From Candidatus Poribacteria bacterium (GTDB lineage Bacteria; Poribacteria; WGA-4E; WGA-3G), in assembly GCA_965205015.1 (NCBI GenBank), contig OZ242029.1:736001-800000 (forward strand): DNA of 64,000 nt, given 5' to 3'. Positions 1 to 9,403 of the stretch are shown here, in pieces. Under the pieces are notes generated by a model. That model saw only the letters and a list, made by a program, of their open reading frames with translations. It was not told the origin of the DNA and searched no databases. Numbering within the stretch: position 1 is the stretch's first letter; every line of letters starts with the position of its first letter. A program made the position numbers and the translations under genes.

Positions 1-1048
1 TTAACCCGTTTGCGAGATGCGGCACGACTTTCCATGGGTGGCGGGCATCATACGCACGGACGGCGGCATCGACGCTTTCCTGAAGTTGTGCGAATTCCGC
101 GTCCAATGCGGATATGTTTGCAATTCTCGCCATGCCCATAAGGGTCGCGTCAATCCCGTCAAAGAGACTCTCTTCGGGGTTTTGTTGTTCGGGAAGGGTC
201 GTATCTACCAACCGCAACTCTGTAACGGCGGACCCTTTGGAGGCGCGGGTCTGCCCGACACCTTGGGAACGTTGGAAACTCAGCCCGTGGCGTGCGATTT
301 GGGCATAAGAGAGTCCCAACAGCGCGTTGTATTCGCCGGTATCAATTTTCAGTACAGGTGCGTCGCTGGTCTCGGTGTTACTGCGCCGCCATCTCGAACG
401 CGTGATGTAGAGTTTCTTCGGTTGCCACGGCTGGAGTCCTTCGGAGAGGTGCTCTGGGAATCGATTCACATCGCCTGCCGCACGGAATGCCTCTAATGTC
501 ACAACCCCGGATACCTGATGATGTCCGTGTCCATCTTGACGATTGCCCTGAAACCGGGAAATAACGACATCAGGACGATAGAGACGGATCAGACGGACCA
601 TATCCTCTAACAGCATCTGATAGTCCCATTTTTCCAAGGTTTCATCGAGTCGTTTGGAATAACCGAAATCGACGGCACTGCTGAAAAAGAGGTCGATACC
701 GTAGTAGCGAACAGCGGCGAGATGCTCCTCGGTCCGGACGATACCCAGCGCGTCAAACAATTCAGGTCCGATGAGATTTGCGCCGCCCTCACCCCGCGTC
801 GTGGAGTATAATCCCGTCCTGACACCGCGCGCCCGGCTAAGCCACGTTAGCAACGCGCCATTTTCGTCGTCAGGATGGGCGACGGTGTGTAGAACGGTGG
901 CGGTTGTCTGTAGGCGTTGCAAGGCGCGCCAAGTCTCCGAAGCGTTCGTTGCCCCCGCCATTTCTCCTGTGTCTGCCATTGTCATATTCCCTCCTACTAT
1001 TCCGAGCAACGCGAAAACCAGAATTGATGTTACGATTTTTTTCCACAT
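1..1048 (-). CDS. PIG-L/LmbE family deacetylase with signal peptide (3' end runs off the window)
   Basis: Not in the ORF track. Manual translation from ATG at 1048 gives MWKKIVTSILVFALLGIVGG...TVLHTVAHPDDENGALL...TTRGEGGANLIGPELFDALGIVRTEEHLAA...DFGYSK, containing the AHPDDE and TRGEGG PIG-L motifs. GGAG RBS upstream. Confidence 0.88.
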   Translation of the reverse strand, partial: MWKKIVTSILVFALLGIVGGNMTMADTGEMAGATNASETWRALQRLQTTATVLHTVAHPDDENGALLTWLSRARGVRTGLYSTTRGEGGANLIGPELFDALGIVRTEEHLAAVRYYGIDLFFSSAVDFGYSKRLDETLEKWDYQMLLEDMVRLIRLYRPDVVISRFQGNRQDGHGHHQVSGVVTLEAFRAAGDVNRFPEHLSEGLQPWQPKKLYITRSRWRRSNTETSDAPVLKIDTGEYNALLGLSYAQIARHGLSFQRSQGVGQTRASKGSAVTELRLVDTTLPEQQNPEESLFDGIDATLMGMARIANISALDAEFAQLQESVDAAVRAYDARHPWKVVPHLANGL

Positions 1049-1121
1049 AAGACAATTCTCCAAGAAAAAATGTGCCTAAATTGTCTGAATCAGGATTCTC
1101 AGGATTAAAGGATGACCAAGA

Positions 1122-1940
1122 TCATAGAGCACTTCGAAGCATTTCCACGCTCTGCGGAACGCCGACATGTGCATCGGCTTTCCCCTCGAATTCAATGGAT
1201 ACATATCCCTGAAATCCGGCATCCTTTAGAATGTTGCCTATTTTAGCATAATCTAAATCCAATGTATACCATTCACCACCCCCGTAATAGGTTTTGGCAT
1301 GGACGAGCACCGCCTCATCTGCAATCTGTTCCAGTTTTTGGTATGGATCTGAAAGAAAGTTCCCACAATCCATTGTAACTTTCAACCAGTCTGAGTCGAT
1401 AGCGGAAACAATACGATTGACGCCTTCAGGGGTGCAGGTGAGTCCCCAATGGTTTTCAAGTCCAAGGACAACCCCGTACTTCTCAGCGTCCGGGAGACAG
1501 TTTTCAATAGCTTCGATGACCCACGCAAACGCCTCGTCTTCTGTGTGTCCGGGGAGTGTCGGTTCTTGCCCTTCGGTTTTCATTAATTCATCGAAAGAGG
1601 GAACGGTGCCCCAGCGTCCTGAGTTGAGGCGAATTGCGGGGATACCGAGTTCGTGTGCCAATCGGATACAGTGGACGGTATGATTGATATTTTTTTGTCG
1701 TGTCGCCTCGTCTGCGGAAACGAAGCCTTGATGGATAGAGAGTGCGTAGAGATCGAGTCCATGTATGAAAGCGAGTCTTTTCAGTTTTTGGAGATACGGA
1801 TTGGCTTCCGATGCCATCTGTTGATGTAAGATTTCAACGCCGTCGAGTCCGAGACGTGCGGCTTCTTCAATGACGTGCTCAATTGGTACCCGTTCAGGTT
1901 TGAAATGCCAATAGGAATAAGTGGATACACCGAGTTTCAT
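1122..1940 (-). CDS. sugar phosphate isomerase/epimerase (xylose isomerase-like TIM barrel)
   Basis: GLENHWG, MDCGNF, VHAK and SIEFEG metal-binding motifs; GAGG RBS. Confidence 0.88.
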   Translation of the reverse strand: MKLGVSTYSYWHFKPERVPIEHVIEEAARLGLDGVEILHQQMASEANPYLQKLKRLAFIHGLDLYALSIHQGFVSADEATRQKNINHTVHCIRLAHELGIPAIRLNSGRWGTVPSFDELMKTEGQEPTLPGHTEDEAFAWVIEAIENCLPDAEKYGVVLGLENHWGLTCTPEGVNRIVSAIDSDWLKVTMDCGNFLSDPYQKLEQIADEAVLVHAKTYYGGGEWYTLDLDYAKIGNILKDAGFQGYVSIEFEGKADAHVGVPQSVEMLRSAL

Positions 1941-2036
1941 TTATCACCTCAATCAGAGTTTTTGTGCTCTTTATGATAGCATAACTCAGCATGCAATATC
2001 CACTTTTTTGATGGGTTATCAGCTGTCAGTTGCCAG

Positions 2037-2062
2037 AAGGCGAGGTTTCCTAACCTCGCCTT
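2037..2062. repeat. REP-like palindrome AAGGCGAGGTT-TCCT-AACCTCGCCTT (may also terminate the SelN-like gene)
   Basis: Perfect 11-bp inverted repeat. The same core sequence occurs inverted at 62824-62848. Confidence 0.75.
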
Positions 2063-2077
2063 TTCGGTAGAACACGG

Positions 2078-3748
2078 CTACTGGTTCCTGGATTCCCCCG
2101 CCACTGCTCCTGCCACGAGTTGTTCTAAATCTGCCTCCCTGCCTCTGCGGGAGATCAATTTGTGGTTGGCTTCATAGGCGATCAACTTACCCTCCCTATC
2201 AATAAGCCACCGTGTCGGAATAGAGCGAACGTTATACTGTTGCGCGAGCGGACTCTGTCGTTCCAGACCGCTGTAAATTTGCCGCCAAGAGATGTCATTC
2301 TCCCTAAGGTAATTTCGCAGTTTCGTTTCATCGGTGTCAAGGCTGACCCCGATGATGTCAAATCCTTTGTCTTTATAGGTATCGTAAATCTTCTTCACCC
2401 TCAGCATTTCCCCGACGCAGAAACCGTTCCAGACTGCCCAGAAATCGAGTAAGACGACTTTTCCGCGGTATTGCTGGAGCGAAATCGGATTGCCATCATG
2501 ATCTGTTGTAGAAAAATCAGATGCCGGTTTTCCAAACTCGTCATAGGCCTCGGCGAGCCTACGGGATAGACCGTGCTTTCCAAGTTGCCTCGGCTTTTGT
2601 GCCGCAACTTTCATACCCATAGATGACGTTAGCAATTCTAAATACCGAGGTATCCGCTCACTGCGAGGTAACCGATAATCCGGATGAAACAAATTCTTGC
2701 TGGGCAGATGTTCAATCACTTCCAATTCAGGGGTTAGTGTTAGGATGTCCACAGAATCGGAGTAATGCTGTCGGAGTTTTGTTGCCAAGTCACCCGCTGC
2801 TGCGCCTTTGGCACCCGTCTGCAACTCGGGCAACTCCCTGTGTAGAACCCAGACGTTCACAAAATGCGTGTTGAGCGATTCAATAATTTTCGGTGAGGAG
2901 AGCGGACCCGCTCTCAAAATTTTGCCCGTCCCTCAGCAAGACTCATCGTCGAGGACCCCGAATAGGAGGACCGCATGGATCGGACGATTCGATGCTTTCG
3001 CGAGTTGGACCGCATCTTCAATAGGAGTCCACGCAATTCCAGCGAACTTGTAAAGCGCGTTCTGAAACTTTCTATCGGCTTCTTCCTCCGTGATAGCGGT
3101 TCCCCAATCAATCGACTCCGGTTGCGTCTCCGATAAACTGTGGAGTTCCATACGCGGAACCAACCCTATATCGTGGGTTCCAAAAGCACCCATATCTACA
3201 TTACTGTTGCGACTGGGAAGCGATAGCGTCCACTGACAAATCGTTCCACTGTTGCGATTGATGCGCAAATGTCCAGCAAATTGTGCAGGCCTCAAGTAGG
3301 CACCGATGGAGGCGTTCAGTATGAAGCGCGCATGGATTCGGAAGACAATATCAGCATATTCAGGTGATAGTGCCCGTAAGCAGGCTTTCGCGCCGTTCCC
3401 ACCATATCCGACATCCATTGTTGCGTTGGGGTGAAACTGGCGCAGAAACGGGAGAATCCGATCCGGATCCAGGTCCCAGACATCCCCTACGTTGACCGTT
3501 GACGGTGGAAGAAAAACTTGGAAATCCGATGTATTATAGTCCTTCAACGGCTGCGCAGGTCCGGGCTTGAATAACTCCAACCACTCTTCCCACGTCATGT
3601 CCACCGGTTCTTGCCACTGTGACTTAGTTCGATTAAACTTTTCTTCTGTTGCCCAATGCAAGTTATTCGATGTATTTTCGATCGGATCCCAATGCGCCTG
3701 CACTGGGATATTCGCTGAAGTTCTTAGCACGTTACGAAGGTCTATCAC
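2078..3748 (-). CDS. Selenoprotein N (SELENON)-like protein with Sec (UGA 2933-2935, residue 272), fused to a C-terminal TlpA/AhpC-TSA domain; 556 aa
   Basis: ORFs 2933..3748 and 2078..2917 are in frame and separated only by TGA plus 5 sense codons. Readthrough gives HAVLLFGVLDDESC-U-GTGKILRAGPLSSPKIIESLNTHFVNVW, matching the SELENON motif [22 protein letters not shown] as recalled. Upstream blocks FRIHA, PAQFAGH, NVDM and DIGLVPRMEL also match. Hairpin follows the UGA. GTG start with AGGAG RBS. Confidence 0.85.
2894..2935 (-). promoter_or_regulatory. putative bacterial SECIS element of the SelN-like gene
   Basis: UGA-N17-GAGAGCG-GGUC-CGCUCUC: 7-8 bp perfect stem with a G-initiated apical loop. 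The following CUCA can pair with UGAG. Confidence 0.7.
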
Positions 3749-3793
3749 TATCTTTACTCCTATTGTTAGAACGATTTATGGTAGATTTTAGAA

Positions 3794-3870
3794 TTTGTGG
3801 GCAGGCACGAGACCTGCCCCTACAATGTGATTGGTGTATTTGTGGGCAGGCACAAGACCTGCCCCTACAA
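3794..3870 (-). repeat. two tandem GTAG-type REP elements (GTAG-GGGCAGG-TCTYGTG-CCTGCCC-ACA)
   Basis: 32-bp copies at 3794-3825 and 3839-3870 with one mismatch; a related copy is at 16407-16434. Confidence 0.8.
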
Positions 3871-3909
3871 GATATAGACCTATTTCCATAATTCGCCATA
3901 GTAAAGGTC

Positions 3910-5217
3910 CTATTGATTCTCGGGTCTGTTTTTGAGGGCTTCCACGACGAGATGTTCTAAATCTTCGCCCCTTGCTTTATGCGAAATTAATGTGCCATCC
4001 CTGTCAATAAGCCACGGTGCCGGAATACCACGGATATCGTATTGTCGGGTAAGGGAATCTTCACCCCTTGCGTTATCGAAAATTTGTCGCCATTGGATGT
4101 CATTCTCTTTAATATAGTCCCGCAGTTTCGGTTCCTCATTATCAAGACTGACCCCGATGACGTCAAATCCCTGATCCTTATAGGTGTCGTAGACTCTTTT
4201 GAGATTTGGCATTTCCGCGATGCACGGACCACACCACACCGCCCAAAAATCGAGTAAGACAACCTTTCCACGATAGTCTTGAAGCGAAATTGGATTCCCA
4301 TCAAGGTCTGTCGCAGAAAAATCAGGCACCAATTTTCCCCACAATTCATATTTAGGATCAGCCTTGCGTTCATAAACTTCGGCGAGTTCAATATTGCCTA
4401 ATTTCTCATAAATATAGGCAAGCCTCGCATGGATAGGTTGTGCATCCGGAAGCTGCTGCTCAGCCGCCTTAAAAATCTCAAGCATATCATCATATAATTC
4501 CGCTTCCGCAAGTACCTCAAATACTGTGCGATACCCATCAATGTTTAGGATCATGCCTGACTTGAGACGCTCAATCAGAGCATCGGCGGCTTGTTCATCC
4601 CCGACTCGGTGGATGTAGAGTCCAAGAAGTTCTGCGTAGAGCTCGAAGAAACGCCGATCGTCCGGGTATCGCGCAAGTGTGTCTTCAAAAGCAGTAATCG
4701 CGGCTTCGGGGCTACCGTATATCTCTTCGGGTGTGTACACACCGGAGGACCAAAATATTTTGAAAGCGAAACTCAAGTTCAGACACTCAAACGCTTGATT
4801 CCTATGATGCCGACAACGGACAAGGGGTATAACATCCCCATACACGAAACGTTCCTCACTTTTCATTGCTCGATACCGCGGATGAAATTGGTAGCCGTAA
4901 CTTACGGGCATCTTTGGATCTGCATTGCTGGAAAAGATTGGCTTGCCACCCAACTCATCTGCTGGACACAGCAAAAGGTTTGCATCGGGCAAATATTTCG
5001 GATGAAGTTCTGAGAGCCATTCCGGGAAATCGCCGTGTTCTTTTTTATAGGCTTGAATCGCCTCGCCAATCGCAACCAAATTTTGCGTGCAGATTTCAAT
5101 GTTTTTCTCATGCCGTTCCATAATTAGATCCTCGCTGGGCTTTTCTGTAGGTGTGTCTGCGTTTGCAGAAGTGATTAGTAAACCTATCACCATTGCCACA
5201 GTCAAGATTGCTTTCAT
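3910..5217 (-). CDS. exported TlpA-family thiol-disulfide oxidoreductase with N-terminal pseudopilin/DUF1559-like and TPR-like regions
   Basis: Signal peptide (MKAILTVAMVIGLLITSANA); C-terminal PDFSATDLDG...VLLDFWAVWCGPC...IPAPWLIDRDG. Confidence 0.82.
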   Translation of the reverse strand: MKAILTVAMVIGLLITSANADTPTEKPSEDLIMERHEKNIEICTQNLVAIGEAIQAYKKEHGDFPEWLSELHPKYLPDANLLLCPADELGGKPIFSSNADPKMPVSYGYQFHPRYRAMKSEERFVYGDVIPLVRCRHHRNQAFECLNLSFAFKIFWSSGVYTPEEIYGSPEAAITAFEDTLARYPDDRRFFELYAELLGLYIHRVGDEQAADALIERLKSGMILNIDGYRTVFEVLAEAELYDDMLEIFKAAEQQLPDAQPIHARLAYIYEKLGNIELAEVYERKADPKYELWGKLVPDFSATDLDGNPISLQDYRGKVVLLDFWAVWCGPCIAEMPNLKRVYDTYKDQGFDVIGVSLDNEEPKLRDYIKENDIQWRQIFDNARGEDSLTRQYDIRGIPAPWLIDRDGTLISHKARGEDLEHLVVEALKNRPENQ

Positions 5218-5262
5218 TTCAATATTCTCCTTTTCAGATTTCTCACTGAATTGCCAGATTGG

Positions 5263-7596
5263 CTATTGATTCTCGGTTTTGTCCTTGAGGGCTTCCACCA
5301 CGAGTTGTTCTAACTTCACCCCTCTGGCTTTACGTGAGATTAATGTGCCGTCCCTGGCAATGAGCCACGGTGCTGGGATGGAACGAATATGATGCCGTTG
5401 CGCAAGTGGACTTCTCCATTTTTGTCCGCTGAAGATTTGCCGCCACCGGATGTTATTCTTTTTTAGGTAGTTGCGCAGCCTCACCTCATCAGTGTCAAGA
5501 CTGACACCGATGATATCGAAACCCTGATCCTTATAGGTATTGTAAACCCTTTTCACATTCGGCATTTCGGTTATACAGGGACCACACCAGACTGCCCAGA
5601 AATCGAGTAGCACCACTTTTCCGCGATATTGTTGAAGCGAGATCGGTCTGCCATCAAGGTCAGTTTCTGAAAAATCAGGCACAATTTTTCCGACAAGTTC
5701 CGACATCGGATCCGCCTTTTTCCGATATTTCGCGGCGAGCTCGGAATTACCGAGCACTTCATGAATTCGCGCAAGTTCTTCCAGAACGCGGGAGTCTTTC
5801 GGATACCGTTTCTCAAGATTCTCAAAGACTTTAAGCGCTTCTTCATATTGATTCGCCATTTCAAGCATCCTGCTGAGCATAAAATGTGCCTGAAGGTCGT
5901 CAGGTTTTATAACCGATCTGAAACGGTTAATAAGGTGCTCGGCAGCTTTTTCGCGTCCGACTTCAATGTAGAGACGGGCAAGTGTCATATAGAAATGAAA
6001 GAACTGTTCATTATCGGCTTGTCGCTGCAGTCCTTTTTCCAACGCTGCAATGGTTTCCTCAACGGTTTCATACATCTCTTCTGGTCTATATACACCGGAT
6101 GACCAATATATCTTAAAAGCGAAACTCAAGTTTAGACACTCAAACGCTTGATTCTTATGATGCCGGCAACGGACAAGCGGTAAAACGTCCCCATACATAA
6201 GGCGTTCCTCAGTTTTTGCTACTCGATACGCAGGGTGAAATTGGTAGCCGTAACTCACAGGCATCTTCGGGTCTCTATTAGAAGCAAAAACTGTCCTGCC
6301 GTTCAGTCCATCTGCAGGACAAAGCAAGAGATTCGCATTTGGTAAGTAGTGGGGATAAAGGTCTGAGAGCCATTGCGGAAAATCACCGTGTTCCTTCCGG
6401 TAGGCTTGGAGTGCCTTGCCAATGTCGCGCAGATGCTGTTTGCAGATTTCAACGTTCTCGTCCATCTGTTCCGCCTTCGTCGTTCGGTCAGAAGGCTCCT
6501 CGCTTGATGTTGATTGGGATTTGGAGGCTGCCTGAATTTGTTGGGACAGTGCGTCCTTTGGATCAACCGCCTGTGCCAAACGCATCGCGCCCATCGGAAC
6601 AGCAAAGCAGATGAGGACGAGCAGTCCTATTCCCATGGCAACTTTTGTCACCGGACGCCGATTCAGATTTTCGGCGAGAACGGTTCGGAGTCGTCTTTCA
6701 ATCCTTGAGGAACGCGCGATTGCCACAGCCGCAAGCGAAGTTGCCTTGGTAATTTTCACATTGCGTGTAATATCAAGCAGATGTTGCGCGTAGTCGGTGG
6801 ATCGACACCCAGCATTTAGGACATGGTCATCGCAGGCTTGCTCTGCTTCTATGCGCATCCAACGCGCCAGCAACCATACAAGTGGATTGAACCAATAGAT
6901 CGCACACGTTACCTGTGCAACCATCTGCATCGTCCAATCCCACCGTTTGATATGTGCCAATTCGTGTAGGAGCACAGTACGGAGCCGCTCGGTTTGCCAA
7001 TGATTTGCATCAACTGGTAGCAAAATCACAGGACGTAAGAAACCCCACACCATCGGGACTGTAATCCTATCGCTGAGCCGGATATTGACGCGTCGATTTG
7101 AATTGGATTGTAACTGTTCGACAGCACGGCTAAAATTGCGACTCCGAGCAGAGATATGCCAAATGGCACCGATGCCGACAATCAAACGGATAAACAGAAA
7201 CAGTCCAGCACCTGTCCAGACGATTGCTATCCAGTCTGTCCAATGTCGTGTCGTAAAGGGGGCACTCTGATCGGGCACAAGGTCGGGTTGCGGCGGTGTC
7301 GATGCGATTGGTATGGACGACACCGACTTTGTTGACAATTGGATCGGTGCACTTGAAACGGGTACTTCAGGTAGGATACCGAGTTCCCACTTCGGAAGCA
7401 CAAGAGAAAGCAGCGGGATAGTGAGGCATCCGACGATTGCCATACTCCAGGCGAAACCGCGCACCGCCGCCGACTTGCGACGGAGGCAGAACGCGAATAC
7501 ACCCGCAACGGCGAAAATCACGAAACTTTTCATCGTGGTGTCAACGAGAAATTTCAGCAATGGGTCTGCGTAGAGCGTCTCAATAAATCGCATCAT
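5263..7596 (-). CDS. BlaR1/MecR1-type M56 metallopeptidase fused to TPR and TlpA (WCGPC) domains
   Basis: N-terminal TM helices, PMVWGFLRPVILLP, HELAHIKRWD (HExxH), WFNPLVW and EQACDDHVL. The C-terminal half is paralogous to 3910..5217. Overlaps the blaI-like stop. Confidence 0.9.
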   Translation of the reverse strand: MMRFIETLYADPLLKFLVDTTMKSFVIFAVAGVFAFCLRRKSAAVRGFAWSMAIVGCLTIPLLSLVLPKWELGILPEVPVSSAPIQLSTKSVSSIPIASTPPQPDLVPDQSAPFTTRHWTDWIAIVWTGAGLFLFIRLIVGIGAIWHISARSRNFSRAVEQLQSNSNRRVNIRLSDRITVPMVWGFLRPVILLPVDANHWQTERLRTVLLHELAHIKRWDWTMQMVAQVTCAIYWFNPLVWLLARWMRIEAEQACDDHVLNAGCRSTDYAQHLLDITRNVKITKATSLAAVAIARSSRIERRLRTVLAENLNRRPVTKVAMGIGLLVLICFAVPMGAMRLAQAVDPKDALSQQIQAASKSQSTSSEEPSDRTTKAEQMDENVEICKQHLRDIGKALQAYRKEHGDFPQWLSDLYPHYLPNANLLLCPADGLNGRTVFASNRDPKMPVSYGYQFHPAYRVAKTEERLMYGDVLPLVRCRHHKNQAFECLNLSFAFKIYWSSGVYRPEEMYETVEETIAALEKGLQRQADNEQFFHFYMTLARLYIEVGREKAAEHLINRFRSVIKPDDLQAHFMLSRMLEMANQYEEALKVFENLEKRYPKDSRVLEELARIHEVLGNSELAAKYRKKADPMSELVGKIVPDFSETDLDGRPISLQQYRGKVVLLDFWAVWCGPCITEMPNVKRVYNTYKDQGFDIIGVSLDTDEVRLRNYLKKNNIRWRQIFSGQKWRSPLAQRHHIRSIPAPWLIARDGTLISRKARGVKLEQLVVEALKDKTENQ

Positions 7597-7982
7597 GATG
7601 AAGTGTCTCCCTTTTTCGCTTGCTCAATGAGTTGGCTTAAACGGTCAAGTTCCTCATCCGAGAGATCCACCTCGGAGACCAGTGCAATGACCGTTTTCTC
7701 AATAGACTTATCAAAAAACGTCTGAAAAATCTGTTTGAGTGCGGAACGTCCCGCCAGATGCCGTGGTTGCGTCGGGCGGTAGATGTAGCGTCTGCCATCT
7801 TTTTCATGGGTGAGATACCCCTTCTCCTCCAAGATTCCCAACAGTGCCCGAACTGTAGAGTAAGTTGGCGGATCCGGGAGGTCCTCAAGGACATCGACAA
7901 CAGAAGCGCAACCGCGCTGATAGACGATATCCATGATTTGTCGTTCCCTCCGACTCAGTTTGAGGGTACCGTAGTCTTCCAC
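7593..7982 (-). CDS. BlaI/MecI/CopY family transcriptional repressor
   Basis: LSRRERQIMDIVY...TYSTVRALLGILEEKGYL...DGRRYIY...LSDEELDRL; directly upstream of the M56 gene. Confidence 0.93.
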   Translation of the reverse strand: MEDYGTLKLSRRERQIMDIVYQRGCASVVDVLEDLPDPPTYSTVRALLGILEEKGYLTHEKDGRRYIYRPTQPRHLAGRSALKQIFQTFFDKSIEKTVIALVSEVDLSDEELDRLSQLIEQAKKGDTSS

Positions 7983-8012
7983 TTTTTCACCTCTTTTGGT
8001 AATATGAATTCA

Positions 8013-9401
8013 TCAGATTTCAATACGCACAAACGCGAGATACGCACCCGCCAACACAACGACAACAAACAATGTTAACAGCAGTAACTCTGTTGTAACG
8101 GTATTGAAATCCTTACCGATGTTGAGTGTGTCTTCAAATTTGGGAACCGCTTCTGGGCTGACAGGCTTTTTGGACATCCCCTCGCGAACGCCCATGATAT
8201 GGGGGCTCTCCGGATCGCCTCTCTCCATATCAACGACGAATTCTCGGTATTCACGGGCGTAACGCTGAACATTCTCAGTAAATTGCTGGTGCCGATCCAG
8301 ACCTGTTCCAGCGAACGCCTCAAGCAGATGCTGGAGGAGTGCCGCGGGTGAGACGCTGGTTATGGCACGCGCACGTTGAACTTGGGTAATCTTAAAGGTT
8401 AAGTACTCCCCAGCCAAGCGTTCGCCGCTTACTGCTATTTTGGTGTGCCACTCACCTCTTATCCTTAGCATTTTTTCGTCATCTGACTGATACCAAGCGT
8501 GTCGCCAAGTTTTCTTAAGTCTCCTGTAACTTTGGCCGTATCGGTCTGTATATTCATGAGATGCCATAGATGATGAAAAGCCGCTCGCAAGTGCGGCGAG
8601 TGTGCTCGGCATAAAAGCGACAAAAGTGACCCACGTCAACAGAAGTATCACAAGACTCACGGCACTCCGTTGCACACGCGCTGAGACTAACAGCCCTAAC
8701 GCCAGAAACAGACACGTGTACAAAAGTGCGATAAAGAGAATGATGCCTAAGCGTCCCCACGCTTCAGTATTCAGGTGAACCTCACTTGCGGAGGAAATCA
8801 TTAGGAGGTTCACTAACATAGCCAGCAGAAAAGGAATAGTCGTACTGATCAACGCCCCCAGAAACTTACCGATCAGCACAGTATGTCGTGGGATAGCATT
8901 TGCCAACATCAATCGGAGCGTGCCGTGCTCGCGTTCGCTGGAGATAGCATCAAACGTAAATAAGAGCGCAATGAGACTCAAGATATAACCGATGATAAAG
9001 GTCCAATCGATTTGGGAAACGTCGGGTCCAACATTTTTCATATTTATGTTGGCATCTGGATAGCTCAGTTTCCAGAAAATGTCGCTACCATAAGGGGTGT
9101 CAACCCTATCGGGTAAAAGGGTCTCTCCACCCGCTGCGCAGAAATGGAGCGGCGACGGTTTTTTGTAAAGCACTCCGGGTCCCTCGTGTGCCAATGTATA
9201 GAGACTGTCGTCGGCGCGAGACGTTAATTGGTTCATGGATTCAGTGACAGCGTCGTGATACTTCTGGACCCGTTTCGGATGCTCTCGGATATGTCTAACG
9301 GCGTTGGTTACCATCAGTGCCAGCAGCAACACGGTCGTCAACGCAAATCGGAGGCTATTCAAATTATTATAGAGTTCACGTTTCGTAATATGCCACATCA
9401 T
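8013..9401 (-). CDS. ABC-2-type transporter permease subunit (type B, copy 2)
   Basis: WHITKRELY start, FDAISSEREHGTLRLML motif, ~6 TM helices with two large extracytoplasmic loops. Confidence 0.8.
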   Translation of the reverse strand: MMWHITKRELYNNLNSLRFALTTVLLLALMVTNAVRHIREHPKRVQKYHDAVTESMNQLTSRADDSLYTLAHEGPGVLYKKPSPLHFCAAGGETLLPDRVDTPYGSDIFWKLSYPDANINMKNVGPDVSQIDWTFIIGYILSLIALLFTFDAISSEREHGTLRLMLANAIPRHTVLIGKFLGALISTTIPFLLAMLVNLLMISSASEVHLNTEAWGRLGIILFIALLYTCLFLALGLLVSARVQRSAVSLVILLLTWVTFVAFMPSTLAALASGFSSSMASHEYTDRYGQSYRRLKKTWRHAWYQSDDEKMLRIRGEWHTKIAVSGERLAGEYLTFKITQVQRARAITSVSPAALLQHLLEAFAGTGLDRHQQFTENVQRYAREYREFVVDMERGDPESPHIMGVREGMSKKPVSPEAVPKFEDTLNIGKDFNTVTTELLLLTLFVVVVLAGAYLAFVRIEI

Positions 9402-9403
9402 AT

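Noticed and set aside
17-496. 159-aa plus-strand ORF
   Set aside because: Antisense to the PIG-L deacetylase that occupies 1-1048 on the minus strand.
2914-3111. 65-aa ORF bridging the two SelN-like halves (frameshift model)
   Set aside because: The two halves are already in the same frame, and homology continues straight through the TGA.
3794-3870. Two 32-bp palindromic direct repeats as a mini CRISPR array
   Set aside because: Only two copies with a 13-nt spacer and no cas genes; the unit is a GTAG-REP also found singly at 16407.
5263-7982. Beta-lactam resistance locus (blaR1/blaI)
   Set aside because: The sensor domain is TPR+TlpA, not a penicillin-binding domain, and no beta-lactamase or PBP is nearby.
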